Shown here: piece by piece, positions 1 to 10,209 of the stretch | Layout: every line of letters starts with the position of its first letter | How positions within the stretch are numbered: position 1 is the stretch's first letter | Origin: Tepidisphaera sp. | GTDB taxonomy: Bacteria > Planctomycetota > Phycisphaerae > Phycisphaerales > UBA1924 | Assembly: GCA_050916045.1 (NCBI GenBank) | Contig: CP051526.1 | Coordinates: 2,656,001-2,720,000, forward strand | Direction: 5' to 3' | Length of the DNA stretch: 64,000 nt | Made by a program: the position numbers and the translations under genes | Notes under the pieces: model-generated | Database searches by the model: none | Seen by the model: only the letters and a program-made list of their open reading frames with translations | Told to the model about the DNA's origin: nothing

Positions 1-1456
1 TCATCCAGCCGGCGAAGAGTCCGCCGCCCGAGCCGTCAGCGGCGTTGTTGCCGTTGAAGACGCAGCCCTGGATGGTCGAGTAGGTGTTGCCGATGTACGC
101 GCCGCCGCCGAAGTTGTGGCAGACGTTGCGGGTGAACTCGCAGTTGATGAGGTAGAGCTCGGGGTTCTGGGCTCCTGTGGCACCCGCGTAGAAGAGGCCG
201 CCGCCCGAACCGTCGACGGACTCGTTCTGATAGAACGTGCAGCGGTCGAAGATGGGTCCGACGCCGGCCGCGGCGTTGGGGGAGTTGATCGCGACGCCGC
301 CGCCGTTCTCGAGCGAGTCGTTGTACGAGATGGTGAGGTTGCGGAAGGTCGCGGAGCAGACGACGCCGAGGATGCCGCCGCCGGCGTCGTGGGTGATGAC
401 CTGGTTGGCGTTGCCGCTATGAATGCTGAACCCGTCGAGGACGGCGGTGCGGTTGGTGGTCGGCGCGGTGACGACGTGGAAGCTGTTGTCGGTCGCGACG
501 CGGGGTGCGCCGATGTCGCCGGAGAGGACCGAGGGGTGCTCGCCGAGGACACGCTGAGAGATTGAGAGTTCATCGCCGGCGAAGCCGCCGTAGACGGCGA
601 CGTTGTTCTTGAGGATGAAAGACCGGGTGCGGTCGCTCGTGGTGGTGGGCTTGTACTGGCCTTCGGCGACCCAGACCTGTCGGTAGACGCCGCCGGAAGC
701 GGCGGCGGTGTCGATGGCTGTCTGGATGCTGCTCATGGCGTTGGCCCAGTTAAGGCCGGTCTGGGCCCCGGCTCCTCCCGGCACGACATGGAGCGTGTCG
801 GAGAGGCGGACGACCTGCACACCGGCGAGAGCGGCTTTCGCGTGCGCAAGGCCGGCATCGCCGCGGACGGTGAGGGTGATCGTGTGGCTTCCCTGGGGCA
901 CCACGACGTTGAACGTGTTGTAGTTGGTGCCCAGCGCGAAGAGGCTGGCGTTCGCGCCCTGGTTGAACTGCGACCCGATGAGCGCGCCGTCGAACTCGAC
1001 ATCCATGTTGACGCGGTAGAGCACCGCGTTTCCGTCACGATCGGTGTAGGTTGTCTGACCCGGGGCGAGCCCCGCGTAGACCCACAAGCGGTACGCGCCG
1101 GGATCAAGATCCTTGATCTCGACGGTGATCTCGCCTGCTCCTTCCGCCCACGCGACGTCGTCCATGACACGGGCGAAGTCACCGGCGCCGTACGTCCAGG
1201 TCCGCATCCCGCCCGAAGCCGAGTGGGTGATGGTGGCTTTGGATGTGACGCCGTTGAGCAGGCTGAGAGCTTGTGTCTGCGGAGCGGCGGCGGACTGGAA
1301 GGCGTTCCAGGTTCCGGCGACGCCGGCGGCCGCGCCGTAGGAGGCGAGGGGCGCGGCACGCCCGGCCGCGTTGAAGTCGATGTTGTAGCTTTGACCGAAA
1401 GCCGTCCCCGCCGTCGCCGCCAGTACGCCGCACGCCAGCACACGCTTCATCTTCAT
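1..1456 (-). CDS. Secreted right-handed parallel beta-helix (pectin-lyase-like/Pmp-like) protein, 3' end outside window
   Basis: Absent from ORF track (no stop in window); translated manually: MKMKRVLACGVLAATAGTAFG signal peptide, GAGAGG upstream, then 'VWVAEGQYKP..VAVYGGFAGDE..LSGDIG..HVV..LDGFSI' and repeated GGG..F..N motifs. Confidence 0.8.
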   Translation of the reverse strand, partial: MKMKRVLACGVLAATAGTAFGQSYNIDFNAAGRAAPLASYGAAAGVAGTWNAFQSAAAPQTQALSLLNGVTSKATITHSASGGMRTWTYGAGDFARVMDDVAWAEGAGEITVEIKDLDPGAYRLWVYAGLAPGQTTYTDRDGNAVLYRVNMDVEFDGALIGSQFNQGANASLFALGTNYNTFNVVVPQGSHTITLTVRGDAGLAHAKAALAGVQVVRLSDTLHVVPGGAGAQTGLNWANAMSSIQTAIDTAAASGGVYRQVWVAEGQYKPTTTSDRTRSFILKNNVAVYGGFAGDELSISQRVLGEHPSVLSGDIGAPRVATDNSFHVVTAPTTNRTAVLDGFSIHSGNANQVITHDAGGGILGVVCSATFRNLTISYNDSLENGGGVAINSPNAAAGVGPIFDRCTFYQNESVDGSGGGLFYAGATGAQNPELYLINCEFTRNVCHNFGGGAYIGNTYSTIQGCVFNGNNAADGSGGGLFAGWM

Positions 1457-1586
1457 GCGAAACCTCTCAGTGCATGCGATCACCGAGCCCGCATCGCGGG
1501 CGATGGCGATCAGCCGTTGAATTGAGCACCCGCGGCACCGCGGAGTCGCCCTCCGCGGTTCAGTGCGGGACCGGGCTCGCAAAGAG

Positions 1587-2000
1587 CTAACGGGACTGCG
1601 GCGCGACTTCGGAAGAGCCGGGCCCGTCCTGCTTTGCGCGGGGGGCCTGCCGCCCGGAGAAGGAGACGGCGACGGCGGCGAGGACGAGAAGCATCGCGGC
1701 CCCGTCGCGCCACGAGGGGTTCTGCTTGGCGACGATGATCGCAAACGCGGTGAAGACCGCGAGGGTGATCGCTTCCTGGAGGATCTTGAGCTGCGGCAGG
1801 GTGAAGACCGCCGATCCGACGCGGTTGGCGGGGACCTGCAGGATGTACTCGGGCAGGGCGATAAGCCAGGAGACCGCGATGGCGGTGATCAGCCCCCAGG
1901 CTTGCTTCTTCTGGAGGTGGAAGTACCAGGCGAAGGTCATGAAGACGTTGGACGCGATCAGAAGCAGAACGGTCGTAAGCCAGGGTGGAAGATGGGGCAT
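1587..2000 (-). CDS. DMT family small membrane protein (DUF486/DMT_6-like)
   Basis: LLIASNVFMTFAWYFHL..SWLIALPEYILQVPANRVG..QLKILQEAITL signature, 4 hydrophobic segments; ATG at 2000. Confidence 0.85.
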   Translation of the reverse strand: MPHLPPWLTTVLLLIASNVFMTFAWYFHLQKKQAWGLITAIAVSWLIALPEYILQVPANRVGSAVFTLPQLKILQEAITLAVFTAFAIIVAKQNPSWRDGAAMLLVLAAVAVSFSGRQAPRAKQDGPGSSEVAPQSR

Positions 2001-2168
2001 GTCTCCAGAATATCGGGCAGGTCCGAGATCCGGCCTGATGGGGCTTCCAAGCCGCCCAGCCCCTTCGACCCGACCGGGCGGAACGTTTCGGCGAAGGGCG
2101 AGGGGCCGCCGGCTCCGGATTTCTTGGCACGCGCACGCACGGCGGTTACACTGCTTTCCGGAGAGACC

Positions 2169-3545
2169 ATGAAGCACGACACAAGGAAATCGGGGCCCGC
2201 CGGCGGCTTTTCACGGGTTGCAAGCCGGATCGCGCTCGCTTCGGCGGCCTTCCCCGGCGCGGCGGCTCTCGCCCAGATCGGGCCGGACCTGCAGGTCGGC
2301 GAGATTCACGAGATCTTGAGGTGGGGCTCGCGCGACGGGTATCAGGCGTACTCGGTGGGGACGATCGTCTGCAATCTGGGGGACATGATCGCCGACTGGA
2401 ACCGGTCGACGCCGGCGCACCCGGTGATCGCTCAGAATCTGTACCGGGTCAAGGACGGGCGTCTCGAGCAGATCGGCGTCTCGTGGATCAAGCACACGTT
2501 CAGTGCGGACATCGCGCCGGTGTGCACGACCTGCACAATCCCGCCGGGGTTCAACGGACAGCAACTCGGCGTCGGATGCGCGGATGCGTACTCGGCGGGG
2601 ATCAACGGCGAGCTTTGGACGCTTGGCCCGCGCGGTCCGATCCGTGCTTCGGACGGTGTTTTCCCGTATCCGGTCGATTTCACGGGGATTCCTTCGGCGA
2701 CGCCGACGATCGGCCGGCGCGTGCAGGTCGCGACGGGGGATGTGGATGCTTCGCTGAACGTCGGAGCCCGCTACTTCGCCGAGACGCAGTTCATTGCGGC
2801 GGACGAAGCGGCGTACGGCAACGGCGGTAACAGCGCCTCGTACCGCGAGTTCGCGGTTAACGCTTCCAACCTGAACATGACGCCCGCGGGGCCGACGCGT
2901 CGCACGCTTCCGGCGATCCATGCGTGGAAGGAAGTTGATCCGGAAGTCACGGTCTCTTCGGTGGAGGTTCCGGGCGATGGCGTGCTGCTTGTCGGTTCGC
3001 GAGCGACCCCGCTTGGCGACGGCCGGTGGCGGTATGTGTACAGCGTTCAGAATCTGACAAGCGACCGCGCTGTGGGCTCGTTCCGAGTGCCCCTTTCGCC
3101 GTGCGCAACCGCCACCGTCGGAGCCACAAGCTTGCCCCGGTACCACTCCGGTGAGCGTTGGGCGAACACGCCGTGGACCCACGCTTTGGAAGCCCGAGCA
3201 GTGACCTGGTCCGCTCCGGGGGCTTGGGAGACCTCTCCGGACACCTCGGCGCTGCGCTGGGGGACGGTCGCGACGGTGGAGTTCACGATCAACCGCCCGC
3301 CGACAACGGGCTTGGCCACGCTACGCCTGTTCGTTCCAGGATCACCTGAAGAGGTGGCGGTTTCGGCGATGGTGCCGGGCGGCTCGTCGGACTTCAACGG
3401 CGACGGCTTCGCAGACTTCTTCGACTACGACGGGTTCGTGGCCGCGTTTGAGCTTGGGGAAGCCGGGGCCGACTTCAACGGAGACGGATTCCTGGACTTC
3501 TTTGACTACGACGAGTTCGTGGCGGCGTTCGAGCTGGGGTGCTGA
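2169..3545 (+). CDS. Secreted protein of unknown function with C-terminal GC-type dockerin-like tail
   Basis: Start trimmed to ATG 2169 (GGAGAG upstream); signal peptide ending AALA-Q; two DFNGDGFxDFFDYDxFVAAFELG repeats ending in GC. Confidence 0.8.
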   Translation: MKHDTRKSGPAGGFSRVASRIALASAAFPGAAALAQIGPDLQVGEIHEILRWGSRDGYQAYSVGTIVCNLGDMIADWNRSTPAHPVIAQNLYRVKDGRLEQIGVSWIKHTFSADIAPVCTTCTIPPGFNGQQLGVGCADAYSAGINGELWTLGPRGPIRASDGVFPYPVDFTGIPSATPTIGRRVQVATGDVDASLNVGARYFAETQFIAADEAAYGNGGNSASYREFAVNASNLNMTPAGPTRRTLPAIHAWKEVDPEVTVSSVEVPGDGVLLVGSRATPLGDGRWRYVYSVQNLTSDRAVGSFRVPLSPCATATVGATSLPRYHSGERWANTPWTHALEARAVTWSAPGAWETSPDTSALRWGTVATVEFTINRPPTTGLATLRLFVPGSPEEVAVSAMVPGGSSDFNGDGFADFFDYDGFVAAFELGEAGADFNGDGFLDFFDYDEFVAAFELGC

Positions 3546-3841
3546 GACACCTGTTCAGGGACCCAGATTTGTGTCGCATCCCCGCCATTTACGCGGAATG
3601 AACCAAAAAGTACTTGAAAAGCCCTTTCATTGGTGACAAACTACGTAGGTGAAGGAATTTTCCTCACCAGTGCGCAGGAGCTGAGAGACAAGACATTTCT
3701 CAGAGACCGACGCAATGCCGGTGTCCGAACGAGTCGCCGGATGAAGAACGCTGACGGGTTCCCGAGAGAGGAGTCGGTTGGCTTGGCGTCTTTCGCATTG
3801 TGCGAGAACGCCGTTTCGAGTCTCAGATAGGGGAGATTTTT

Positions 3842-4786
3842 ATGATCCGTATCGCTTCCTCACTCCTTGTCGCCGCGATCGCTGGAACGGCTTTGGCCGG
3901 TCCCGGCGACGCCAACGACGCGTACATCTTCGGAGACGCCACCAACCAGGTCTACCAGATCACGTTGGCGGGCTCTGAGGTGATCAATCCTCGCACCGGC
4001 GGCCGTTTCTCGTCTCCGAGCGACGTTGGTCCGATCAACCCCTATCGCGCGACCTGGGGCGGCATCAACAACAACTTCTTCATCGGCGGCTTCGGCGGCC
4101 TGACGGAAGTCGACGGCAACACCGGCGCGTTCGTCAAGACGATCGGCACGGGCGCTTCGCTGGACGTGCAGGTGTCCTACACCGGCACCACGCTGTTCCG
4201 CGGCAGCGGCAACGGCATCGATGAGCACGACATTTCGACGGGCGCGTTCATCCGCACGCTGACGACCGGCGTGGGCGCCGGCGGCAACCACCTGATGAAG
4301 TCCCGCGGCAGCCTGCTCTACGTCTCTTCTTGGAACGGCACGGGGATCAACGTGTACGACCAGGTCACGGGCAACCTCGTGAACTCGATCACGGCCGCGC
4401 CCTTCGGCGTGCAGGCTCTTGAGTTTGACTCCAGCGGCAACTTCTACGCTTCCGCTCTGTACGAGGGCGCGGGCGTGGCCGGCGTCTGGAAGTATGACTT
4501 CGGCGCGGGCACCTGGGCGATGTTCGCCAACGCCGCGGCGAGCGGTGACGGCGGCGGCTACCCCGGTGGCCCCCACGGCTTTACCTTCGGCCGTGACGGC
4601 GACCTCTACATGGCCTACGCCAACGGCGACGTCGAAGTGTTCGACGGCCAGACCGGCGCTTGGCTCCGCCAGCTCGTTCGCGTGAACGACAAGCTGACGG
4701 ACATCCAGTTCAAGCCGGTCCCGACCCCGGGCGCTCTCGCCCTCGCCGGCCTCGCGGCTCTGGCTGCGGGTCGTCGTCGCCGCTAA
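3842..4786 (+). CDS. PEP-CTERM-like sorted beta-propeller surface protein
   Basis: GGGGAG SD, signal peptide, repeated beta-propeller-like blades, C-terminus VPTPGALALAGLAALAAGRRRR. Confidence 0.85.
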   Translation: MIRIASSLLVAAIAGTALAGPGDANDAYIFGDATNQVYQITLAGSEVINPRTGGRFSSPSDVGPINPYRATWGGINNNFFIGGFGGLTEVDGNTGAFVKTIGTGASLDVQVSYTGTTLFRGSGNGIDEHDISTGAFIRTLTTGVGAGGNHLMKSRGSLLYVSSWNGTGINVYDQVTGNLVNSITAAPFGVQALEFDSSGNFYASALYEGAGVAGVWKYDFGAGTWAMFANAAASGDGGGYPGGPHGFTFGRDGDLYMAYANGDVEVFDGQTGAWLRQLVRVNDKLTDIQFKPVPTPGALALAGLAALAAGRRRR

Positions 4787-4813
4787 GGCGATCTGTTTGA
4801 ATCGTTCTTCCGC

Positions 4814-4848
4814 GGAGGCCCGCACATCGTGCGGGCCTTCGTTTTTTT
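4814..4848 (+). terminator. Intrinsic terminator
   Basis: GGAGGCCCGCAC-atc-GTGCGGGCCTTC stem followed by T7. Confidence 0.8.
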
Positions 4849-4873
4849 CCGCCCGTCAACGCTGCGGCGACGG

Positions 4874-5938
4874 TCACCTCTCGATGAGGCCGAGCGGGTC
4901 GAACCGTCGGACACCGCTCGCGTCGACCACGATCACCGCGACGCCGAACCGGCGCGCGAACGCCTCCGGTGACTCCTCCGTCAGGAACAGAGCCGTTGAA
5001 AGTGCATCGGCTCGCATCCCGCCCGTCAGCCCGCCCAGATCGCGAGCGATCACCGTCGCGGCCCGGATTCGCGCGGATCCAAGGCCGGTTTTGGGATCCA
5101 GAATGTGGGCGAATCGCCGACCCTCGATCTCGACCCACTGCGAAGCGTCTCCCGAGGTCGAGACGGCCGCGTTGCGAAGTCGGATCTCCTCCGGCAACGA
5201 TCGCTCGCCCCCGCCCGAACCCTCCCGGCCGGTCAGCACCGCCACGATCCAGCCGGCTTCGCCGGGGGGCGGGTCCCCCACTGCGACGTCACCCGCGAGC
5301 GCGACCATGCACCTGGTAAATCCAGCCCGCGTGAGCACCTCCACCGCACGCTGAGCCGCGTGTCCCTTGGCGATTGCTCCAAAGTCGATGCGGGTGCCGC
5401 GTTTGTTCAGGCGGACCTTGCCGTCCTCGCCGACCTGAACGGATTCCCACCCGACGGTCGCCGTCGCGGCTTTGAGGACGGATGCTTCGGGGAGCTTGCC
5501 CGCGCGACGGGTTTCTCGCCAGAGCTTGGTCGCGGCCCCGACGGTGACGTCAAAGTCGCCGCCGGTTGCACGCGAGATCTCAGTCGAAGCCCGGAGGATC
5601 CGGGCGAGGTCCTCGCTGACCGGGACCGCCTCGGTCATCGGCCCTTCTCGGGCGAGGTCGCAGAGTCTGGAAACCTCGCTCCTGGGCCGGTAGTCGCTGA
5701 AGATCTCCTCGAGACGGTTGATCTCGTCGAAAGCGAGGGCGGCGGCGTCCCGGGCGGCGGCCTGGGTGGGGGCGTAGAGGGTGACTTCGCTTCGGACGCC
5801 CATCTGCATCCGCTGGAATGAATACCGTTCCTGCACGGGCTGCGTCGGGGTGACGGCTTGGCACCCGCCAAGGACCGCCGACAGGCCCGCGGTCCAGGTT
5901 CCCGCTCCCAAGAGAATCACGATGATCCACGCTTTCAT
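4874..5938 (-). CDS. apbE: FAD:protein FMN transferase (ApbE family), probable lipoprotein
   Basis: [57 protein letters not shown] motifs; LGGC lipobox; AGGAG upstream of ATG 5938. Confidence 0.9.
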   Translation of the reverse strand: MKAWIIVILLGAGTWTAGLSAVLGGCQAVTPTQPVQERYSFQRMQMGVRSEVTLYAPTQAAARDAAALAFDEINRLEEIFSDYRPRSEVSRLCDLAREGPMTEAVPVSEDLARILRASTEISRATGGDFDVTVGAATKLWRETRRAGKLPEASVLKAATATVGWESVQVGEDGKVRLNKRGTRIDFGAIAKGHAAQRAVEVLTRAGFTRCMVALAGDVAVGDPPPGEAGWIVAVLTGREGSGGGERSLPEEIRLRNAAVSTSGDASQWVEIEGRRFAHILDPKTGLGSARIRAATVIARDLGGLTGGMRADALSTALFLTEESPEAFARRFGVAVIVVDASGVRRFDPLGLIER

Positions 5939-6890
5939 GTCGCTCCTGTTGCCCCTTGGAATGACCCTCGCCCAGCCGGCGGGTACGCCCGCCGCCGAAC
6001 CTCCCAAATCGGAGACCAAACCCGAAACCAAAGCCGACGCGGCGCCGGTCGCGGAGGTCCTGGTCGGCGGCAAGAAGGTCGAGCCCTTCACGCAGGAGAT
6101 CCCCGGAGCGGCGTTCTCGATCGAGATGGTACCGATCCCGGGCGATGAGAAGAAGCAGATCACGCCCTTCTACATGGCCCGGCTTGAGATTGTCTGGGAC
6201 GCGTACGACACATTCGTCTTCGCCAAGGATGAGGACGCGGGCATGCCGCCGCTTGGCGCGGACGTGATGACGCGTCCGAGCCGTCCGTACATCCCGCCGG
6301 ACAGCGGGTTCGGGCACGCCGGGTACGCGGTGATCTGCCCGACGTTCCGGTCGGTGACGGAGTACTGCAAGTGGCTTTCCGCGCGGACGGGGCGCGTGTT
6401 CCGCCTGGCGACCGAAGCCGAATGGGAGCACGCGGCGGCGGCCGGGAGCGACAAGACGTACCACTTCGGCGACGACGCCGCGCAGCTCAAGGAGTACGCC
6501 TGGTTCAAGGACAACAGCGACGAAACGCCGCACCCGCCGGGGACGAAGAAGCCCAACGCTTGGGGCTTGTTTGACATGCACGGCAACGTCTCGGAGTGGG
6601 TGATCGCGCAGGACACCAAGAAGATCGGCGGCGTCGCCAAGGGCGGATCCTGGGAAAGCGAAGCGTCCGACGTCTCGACCAAGGCGCGCGCCGAATACGA
6701 CATCAAGTGGCAGAAGATCGACCCGCAGATCCCCAAGAGCCGCTGGTGGATGTCCGACGGGCAGCACGTCGGCTTCCGCATCGTGGCCGAGATGGACCAG
6801 AAGACGGGCTTGCCCGTCGAGGTCAAGAAGGCCGCGGAAGCGGCCAAACCGGCGGAAGCTCCCAAGCCCGCCGAGCCCGCGAGCAAGTAA
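5922..6890 (+). CDS. Secreted FGE-sulfatase (SUMF1-like) domain protein
   Basis: [40 protein letters not shown] motifs; start is 5922 or 5937. Confidence 0.88.
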   Translation: MIHAFMSLLLPLGMTLAQPAGTPAAEPPKSETKPETKADAAPVAEVLVGGKKVEPFTQEIPGAAFSIEMVPIPGDEKKQITPFYMARLEIVWDAYDTFVFAKDEDAGMPPLGADVMTRPSRPYIPPDSGFGHAGYAVICPTFRSVTEYCKWLSARTGRVFRLATEAEWEHAAAAGSDKTYHFGDDAAQLKEYAWFKDNSDETPHPPGTKKPNAWGLFDMHGNVSEWVIAQDTKKIGGVAKGGSWESEASDVSTKARAEYDIKWQKIDPQIPKSRWWMSDGQHVGFRIVAEMDQKTGLPVEVKKAAEAAKPAEAPKPAEPASK

Positions 6891-6962
6891 TCCCAACCTC
6901 CAGGGCGTGTGAAACTTCAGTTTCACGCGAAACATCGAGCGTTACAGAGGCTGTGTCGCGGC

Positions 6963-8297
6963 ATGACGGCGCCGAAGCGGGTGCCGCGGGTCGTACCATC
7001 GCCCGCGTTGAACCGAACTCCGTCCCAGCTTCGGCAAGATCTTCGAGCCTGCACGCTTGATGGCATGCTCTACATGCTGATGGTCGGGCTGGGGCAGGAG
7101 TACTTCGCGAAGTTCGCTCGCGACCTTGGGATGGGCGACGCGGCGGTGGGCTGGATCGAGCCGATCGCGATGCTTCTGGCGACGCTGGTGCAGCAGTTTT
7201 CGGTGTATCTGGTGTTGATCGCTGGTTCGTACCGCCGGGTGGTGTGGATCGCGGCGGCGCTGCAGGGGCTCTCGCTTCTGCCGCTTGCGGCGCTGGCGTG
7301 GTGGTCGGCGGACGCGCCGGACCTTGGGACTTCGGCGAGCCCTGAGCTCACGGTGGGTTTGTACGCGCTGGTGTCGCTGTTTTTCATCTCTGCGTTTGCG
7401 GGGGGGCCGCCGTGGATGGCGATGCTGGGGCTGACGTTTCCTCATCGGGTGCTCCGGCGATATCTGGGCCGGCGGACGGTGCTGCTTCACGCCGCGCTGC
7501 TGCTGGGGCTTCTGGGGGGCGGGCTTGCTCTTCATCAAGCGACGCTTCAGGGCCAGAGCGCGGTGATGCGGGTGCTCGCGGTGATGTTCGTCCTGGCCGC
7601 GATCGCCCGGCTGGGGTCGGCGTACTACCTGAGCCGGTACAGCCAGGACGGTTTTGAGCCGCCGGTGATCGTCCCCCCGACAGAGGTGCTCCGCCGGGCG
7701 CGGACGGGCAATGACGGCAAAGCCCTGACGTACCTGATCGCGTCGCAAGCGGCGATGTGGATCGCGTTCCCGTTCTTTCGCCCGTACATGCTGAGCCAGC
7801 TCGGCACGCCGGCCGCGGATCAGGCGGGCGATCAGGCGTTCCTGTACTCGTCGCTTCTGGCGGCGTTCTTCGTAGGAAAGCTGGTTGCGCCGGAGGTGGC
7901 CGGGCGGGCGATTCAGCGATTTGGGCTTTACCGGGTGGCGTGGGTGACGGCGATCGCGCTGGTGCCGGTGCCTTTGCTGTGGCTGCTTTCGAGCAACCCG
8001 TGGTGGCTTCTGGTGTTTCAGTTCATCGGCGGGGCGGCACTGGCGTCCTTCGAGCTTTGCTCGGTGCTTTTCCAGATGGAGCATGTTCCGGTGCGGGAGC
8101 GTGCGAGCGTGCTTTCGACGTTCGGGCTGGGGGTGTACGCGGCGGGGTTCGCAGGCTCGACGGTCGGGGTGCTGATTCTGGGAGAGAGTGCGACGGCGGA
8201 CCGGTATGCGTGGCTTTTCGCAGCATCGGCGGCCGCCCGGATGCTGACACTCCCCTTACTTCGCCGGTTGCGGCACGGAGATGTGCCGGTGGGGTGA
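6963..8297 (+). CDS. MFS transporter
   Basis: About 12 hydrophobic segments in a 6+6 arrangement; GRAIQRFG loop motif. Confidence 0.8.
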   Translation: MTAPKRVPRVVPSPALNRTPSQLRQDLRACTLDGMLYMLMVGLGQEYFAKFARDLGMGDAAVGWIEPIAMLLATLVQQFSVYLVLIAGSYRRVVWIAAALQGLSLLPLAALAWWSADAPDLGTSASPELTVGLYALVSLFFISAFAGGPPWMAMLGLTFPHRVLRRYLGRRTVLLHAALLLGLLGGGLALHQATLQGQSAVMRVLAVMFVLAAIARLGSAYYLSRYSQDGFEPPVIVPPTEVLRRARTGNDGKALTYLIASQAAMWIAFPFFRPYMLSQLGTPAADQAGDQAFLYSSLLAAFFVGKLVAPEVAGRAIQRFGLYRVAWVTAIALVPVPLLWLLSSNPWWLLVFQFIGGAALASFELCSVLFQMEHVPVRERASVLSTFGLGVYAAGFAGSTVGVLILGESATADRYAWLFAASAAARMLTLPLLRRLRHGDVPVG

Positions 8298-8445
8298 ACG
8301 CCCTATTTCCTCTCGCGGCCATGTGAGTTGGTTGCCGAGGTACTAGAGTCGGCTGGTTCTTTGTCTTTGCACAAGTGATCAGACGGGCCGATCTGGAGGG
8401 GATATCCACGAGGCTCGTGTACATCGTGCGATTCGGAGCTTCGAC

Positions 8446-9108
8446 ATGACGCTTGTCCGGCCTGTTTCGGTCGTTCTGGCTGATGACCATGCGCTGGTGC
8501 GTAGCACGCTCGCGTCTTGGCTCAATGCCACGGGGGAGATCAACGTGGTCGCGGATGTCGGCGACGCCGACGCGGCGGTGGATGCGGCGCTGGCCCATCG
8601 ACCGGATGTGATCATCCTCGACATCGACATGCCGGGGCTGCTTTGCTTTGACGCGGCCCGCGCGATCAAGGCGCGGTGTCCAACAACGCACATCATCTTC
8701 CTGTCGGCGTTCTTCCACGATCGGTACATCGAGGACGCGCTCGCGGTGGAAGCTTCCGGGTACGTCACCAAGGGCGAAAGCCCCAAGTCGATCGTGGAAG
8801 CGATCCGCATCGCCGTTTCCGGCGGGGCCTACTTCTCGCCGGAGGTCAAGACGCGCCTGGTCATCGACCGGGGCGGGGTGAGCCTGGCGACCAAGAAAGC
8901 CACCCGATCAGGGCTCCTCACAGCACGCGAGATCGAAGTGCTCCGGTACATCGCCCGCGGCATGGCCAAGAAGGAGATCGCCGCCACGATGCACCTGTCG
9001 GTCAAGACGATCGACAACCACTGCACCAGCATCATGAACAAGCTCGATATCCACGACCGTGTGGATCTGGCGCGGTTCGCGATCCGCGAGGGCCTCGCGG
9101 AAGCGTAA
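8446..9108 (+). CDS. NarL/LuxR family response regulator
   Basis: LADDH..DIDMPG receiver; LTAREIEVL..IA..MHLSVKTIDNH HTH. Confidence 0.95.
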   Translation: MTLVRPVSVVLADDHALVRSTLASWLNATGEINVVADVGDADAAVDAALAHRPDVIILDIDMPGLLCFDAARAIKARCPTTHIIFLSAFFHDRYIEDALAVEASGYVTKGESPKSIVEAIRIAVSGGAYFSPEVKTRLVIDRGGVSLATKKATRSGLLTAREIEVLRYIARGMAKKEIAATMHLSVKTIDNHCTSIMNKLDIHDRVDLARFAIREGLAEA

Positions 9109-9147
9109 AGCGATCCGCGCGTCGCCGCGTCGGAACCAGCGGAGCCC

Positions 9148-9561
9148 TCAGGACCGAGCGGCGGGTTTGGCGTTGCAGACGTCGCACAGGCCCATGAGCG
9201 TGATCTCGTGGCGGTCCAAGCGGAACCCCGGCGGGGTCAGGTGGGACAGGTTGCCCGGGCACCCCTCGACTTCGAAGAGGCGGGCGCATCGCGTGCACAG
9301 GAAATGGTGATGGTGGGCACGACCGGCGGGCTCATACCGGGGTGATTCGCCCGGGACGTGAACCTCGACAAGCTCGCCCGCTTCGCAGAGCGATCGCACG
9401 TGGCGATAAACGGTCGCAAGGCCGAGCCCCTCGGAGCGTTCGGAGGCGCCGCGCAGAATCTCCTGGGCGTTGAGCGGCCCCTTGGCCCCGGTGAGCGTCT
9501 CAAGCACCGCGGCTCGCTGCTTGGTCCGCCTGGGTGCCGGCATGGGTGGTTTCTTGGGCAT
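9148..9561 (-). CDS. Fur family transcriptional regulator (Zur-like possible)
   Basis: TKQRAAVL..GLATVYR..HHHHFLCTRC..GLCDVC. Confidence 0.92.
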   Translation of the reverse strand: MPKKPPMPAPRRTKQRAAVLETLTGAKGPLNAQEILRGASERSEGLGLATVYRHVRSLCEAGELVEVHVPGESPRYEPAGRAHHHHFLCTRCARLFEVEGCPGNLSHLTPPGFRLDRHEITLMGLCDVCNAKPAARS

Positions 9562-9645
9562 TGCTGAACTTTCGCCGCGTCGGGCGGGCGAATCAAGCTC
9601 GCGGCACCACGTGCGGAGCAACTGCCGAGCCCGGCCGTCGACGCT

Positions 9646-10125
9646 TCAGGCTTTGGGCTTCTCGTAGATCATCTCGAGCCGATTGCCCTTGGCGTTGTGA
9701 GCGACATGGGTGATGTAGGCTTTGATCAGCATCAGCCCGCGGCCGGAGGCTTTCTCGATGTTCTCGTCGAGGGTGGGGTCGGGGATGTCTTCGGGTTTGA
9801 AGCCGGGTCCCTGGTCTTCGACGACGACGAGGACGCGGTCGTCGGCGACCTCGAAGGAGAATCCGATGGAGGTGGACGGGGGGAGGCCCTTGTGGCCGTG
9901 CTTAAAGGCGTTGGCGATGGCTTCGGCGAGGGCGAGGCGGACGGCGAAGCGTGAGGCTTTGCTGTACCCGTGTCTGTCCATGCTCTCGACGACGGCGTTC
10001 TGAGCGGCTTCGGAGGACTGATGGTCGTCGGCAAAGCGTGTGTGCCCCGAGTCAGCGCCGGGCGGTATGGGCGCGGACGATGCCGCGTTGCTCCGGCCCT
10101 GGTTTGGCATGGGGTTGGCCGACAT
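9646..10125 (-). CDS. RsbW-like anti-sigma factor Ser kinase (HATPase_c)
   Basis: LALAEAIANAFKHG..VEDQGPGF..GRGLMLI. Confidence 0.9.
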   Translation of the reverse strand: MSANPMPNQGRSNAASSAPIPPGADSGHTRFADDHQSSEAAQNAVVESMDRHGYSKASRFAVRLALAEAIANAFKHGHKGLPPSTSIGFSFEVADDRVLVVVEDQGPGFKPEDIPDPTLDENIEKASGRGLMLIKAYITHVAHNAKGNRLEMIYEKPKA

Positions 10126-10209
10126 CGTTGGGGGTGACCGCGCGGGGGGAGAGGGGTGCCGGGGGGCGTCGGTCGGCGGAGGGTGAAGCTCGCCGGAGCC
10201 GATCTCACG

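Noticed and set aside
5922..6890. DGR target (FGE/CLec fold)
   Set aside because: No reverse transcriptase gene and no second copy of the 3' region (template repeat) noticed in the window.
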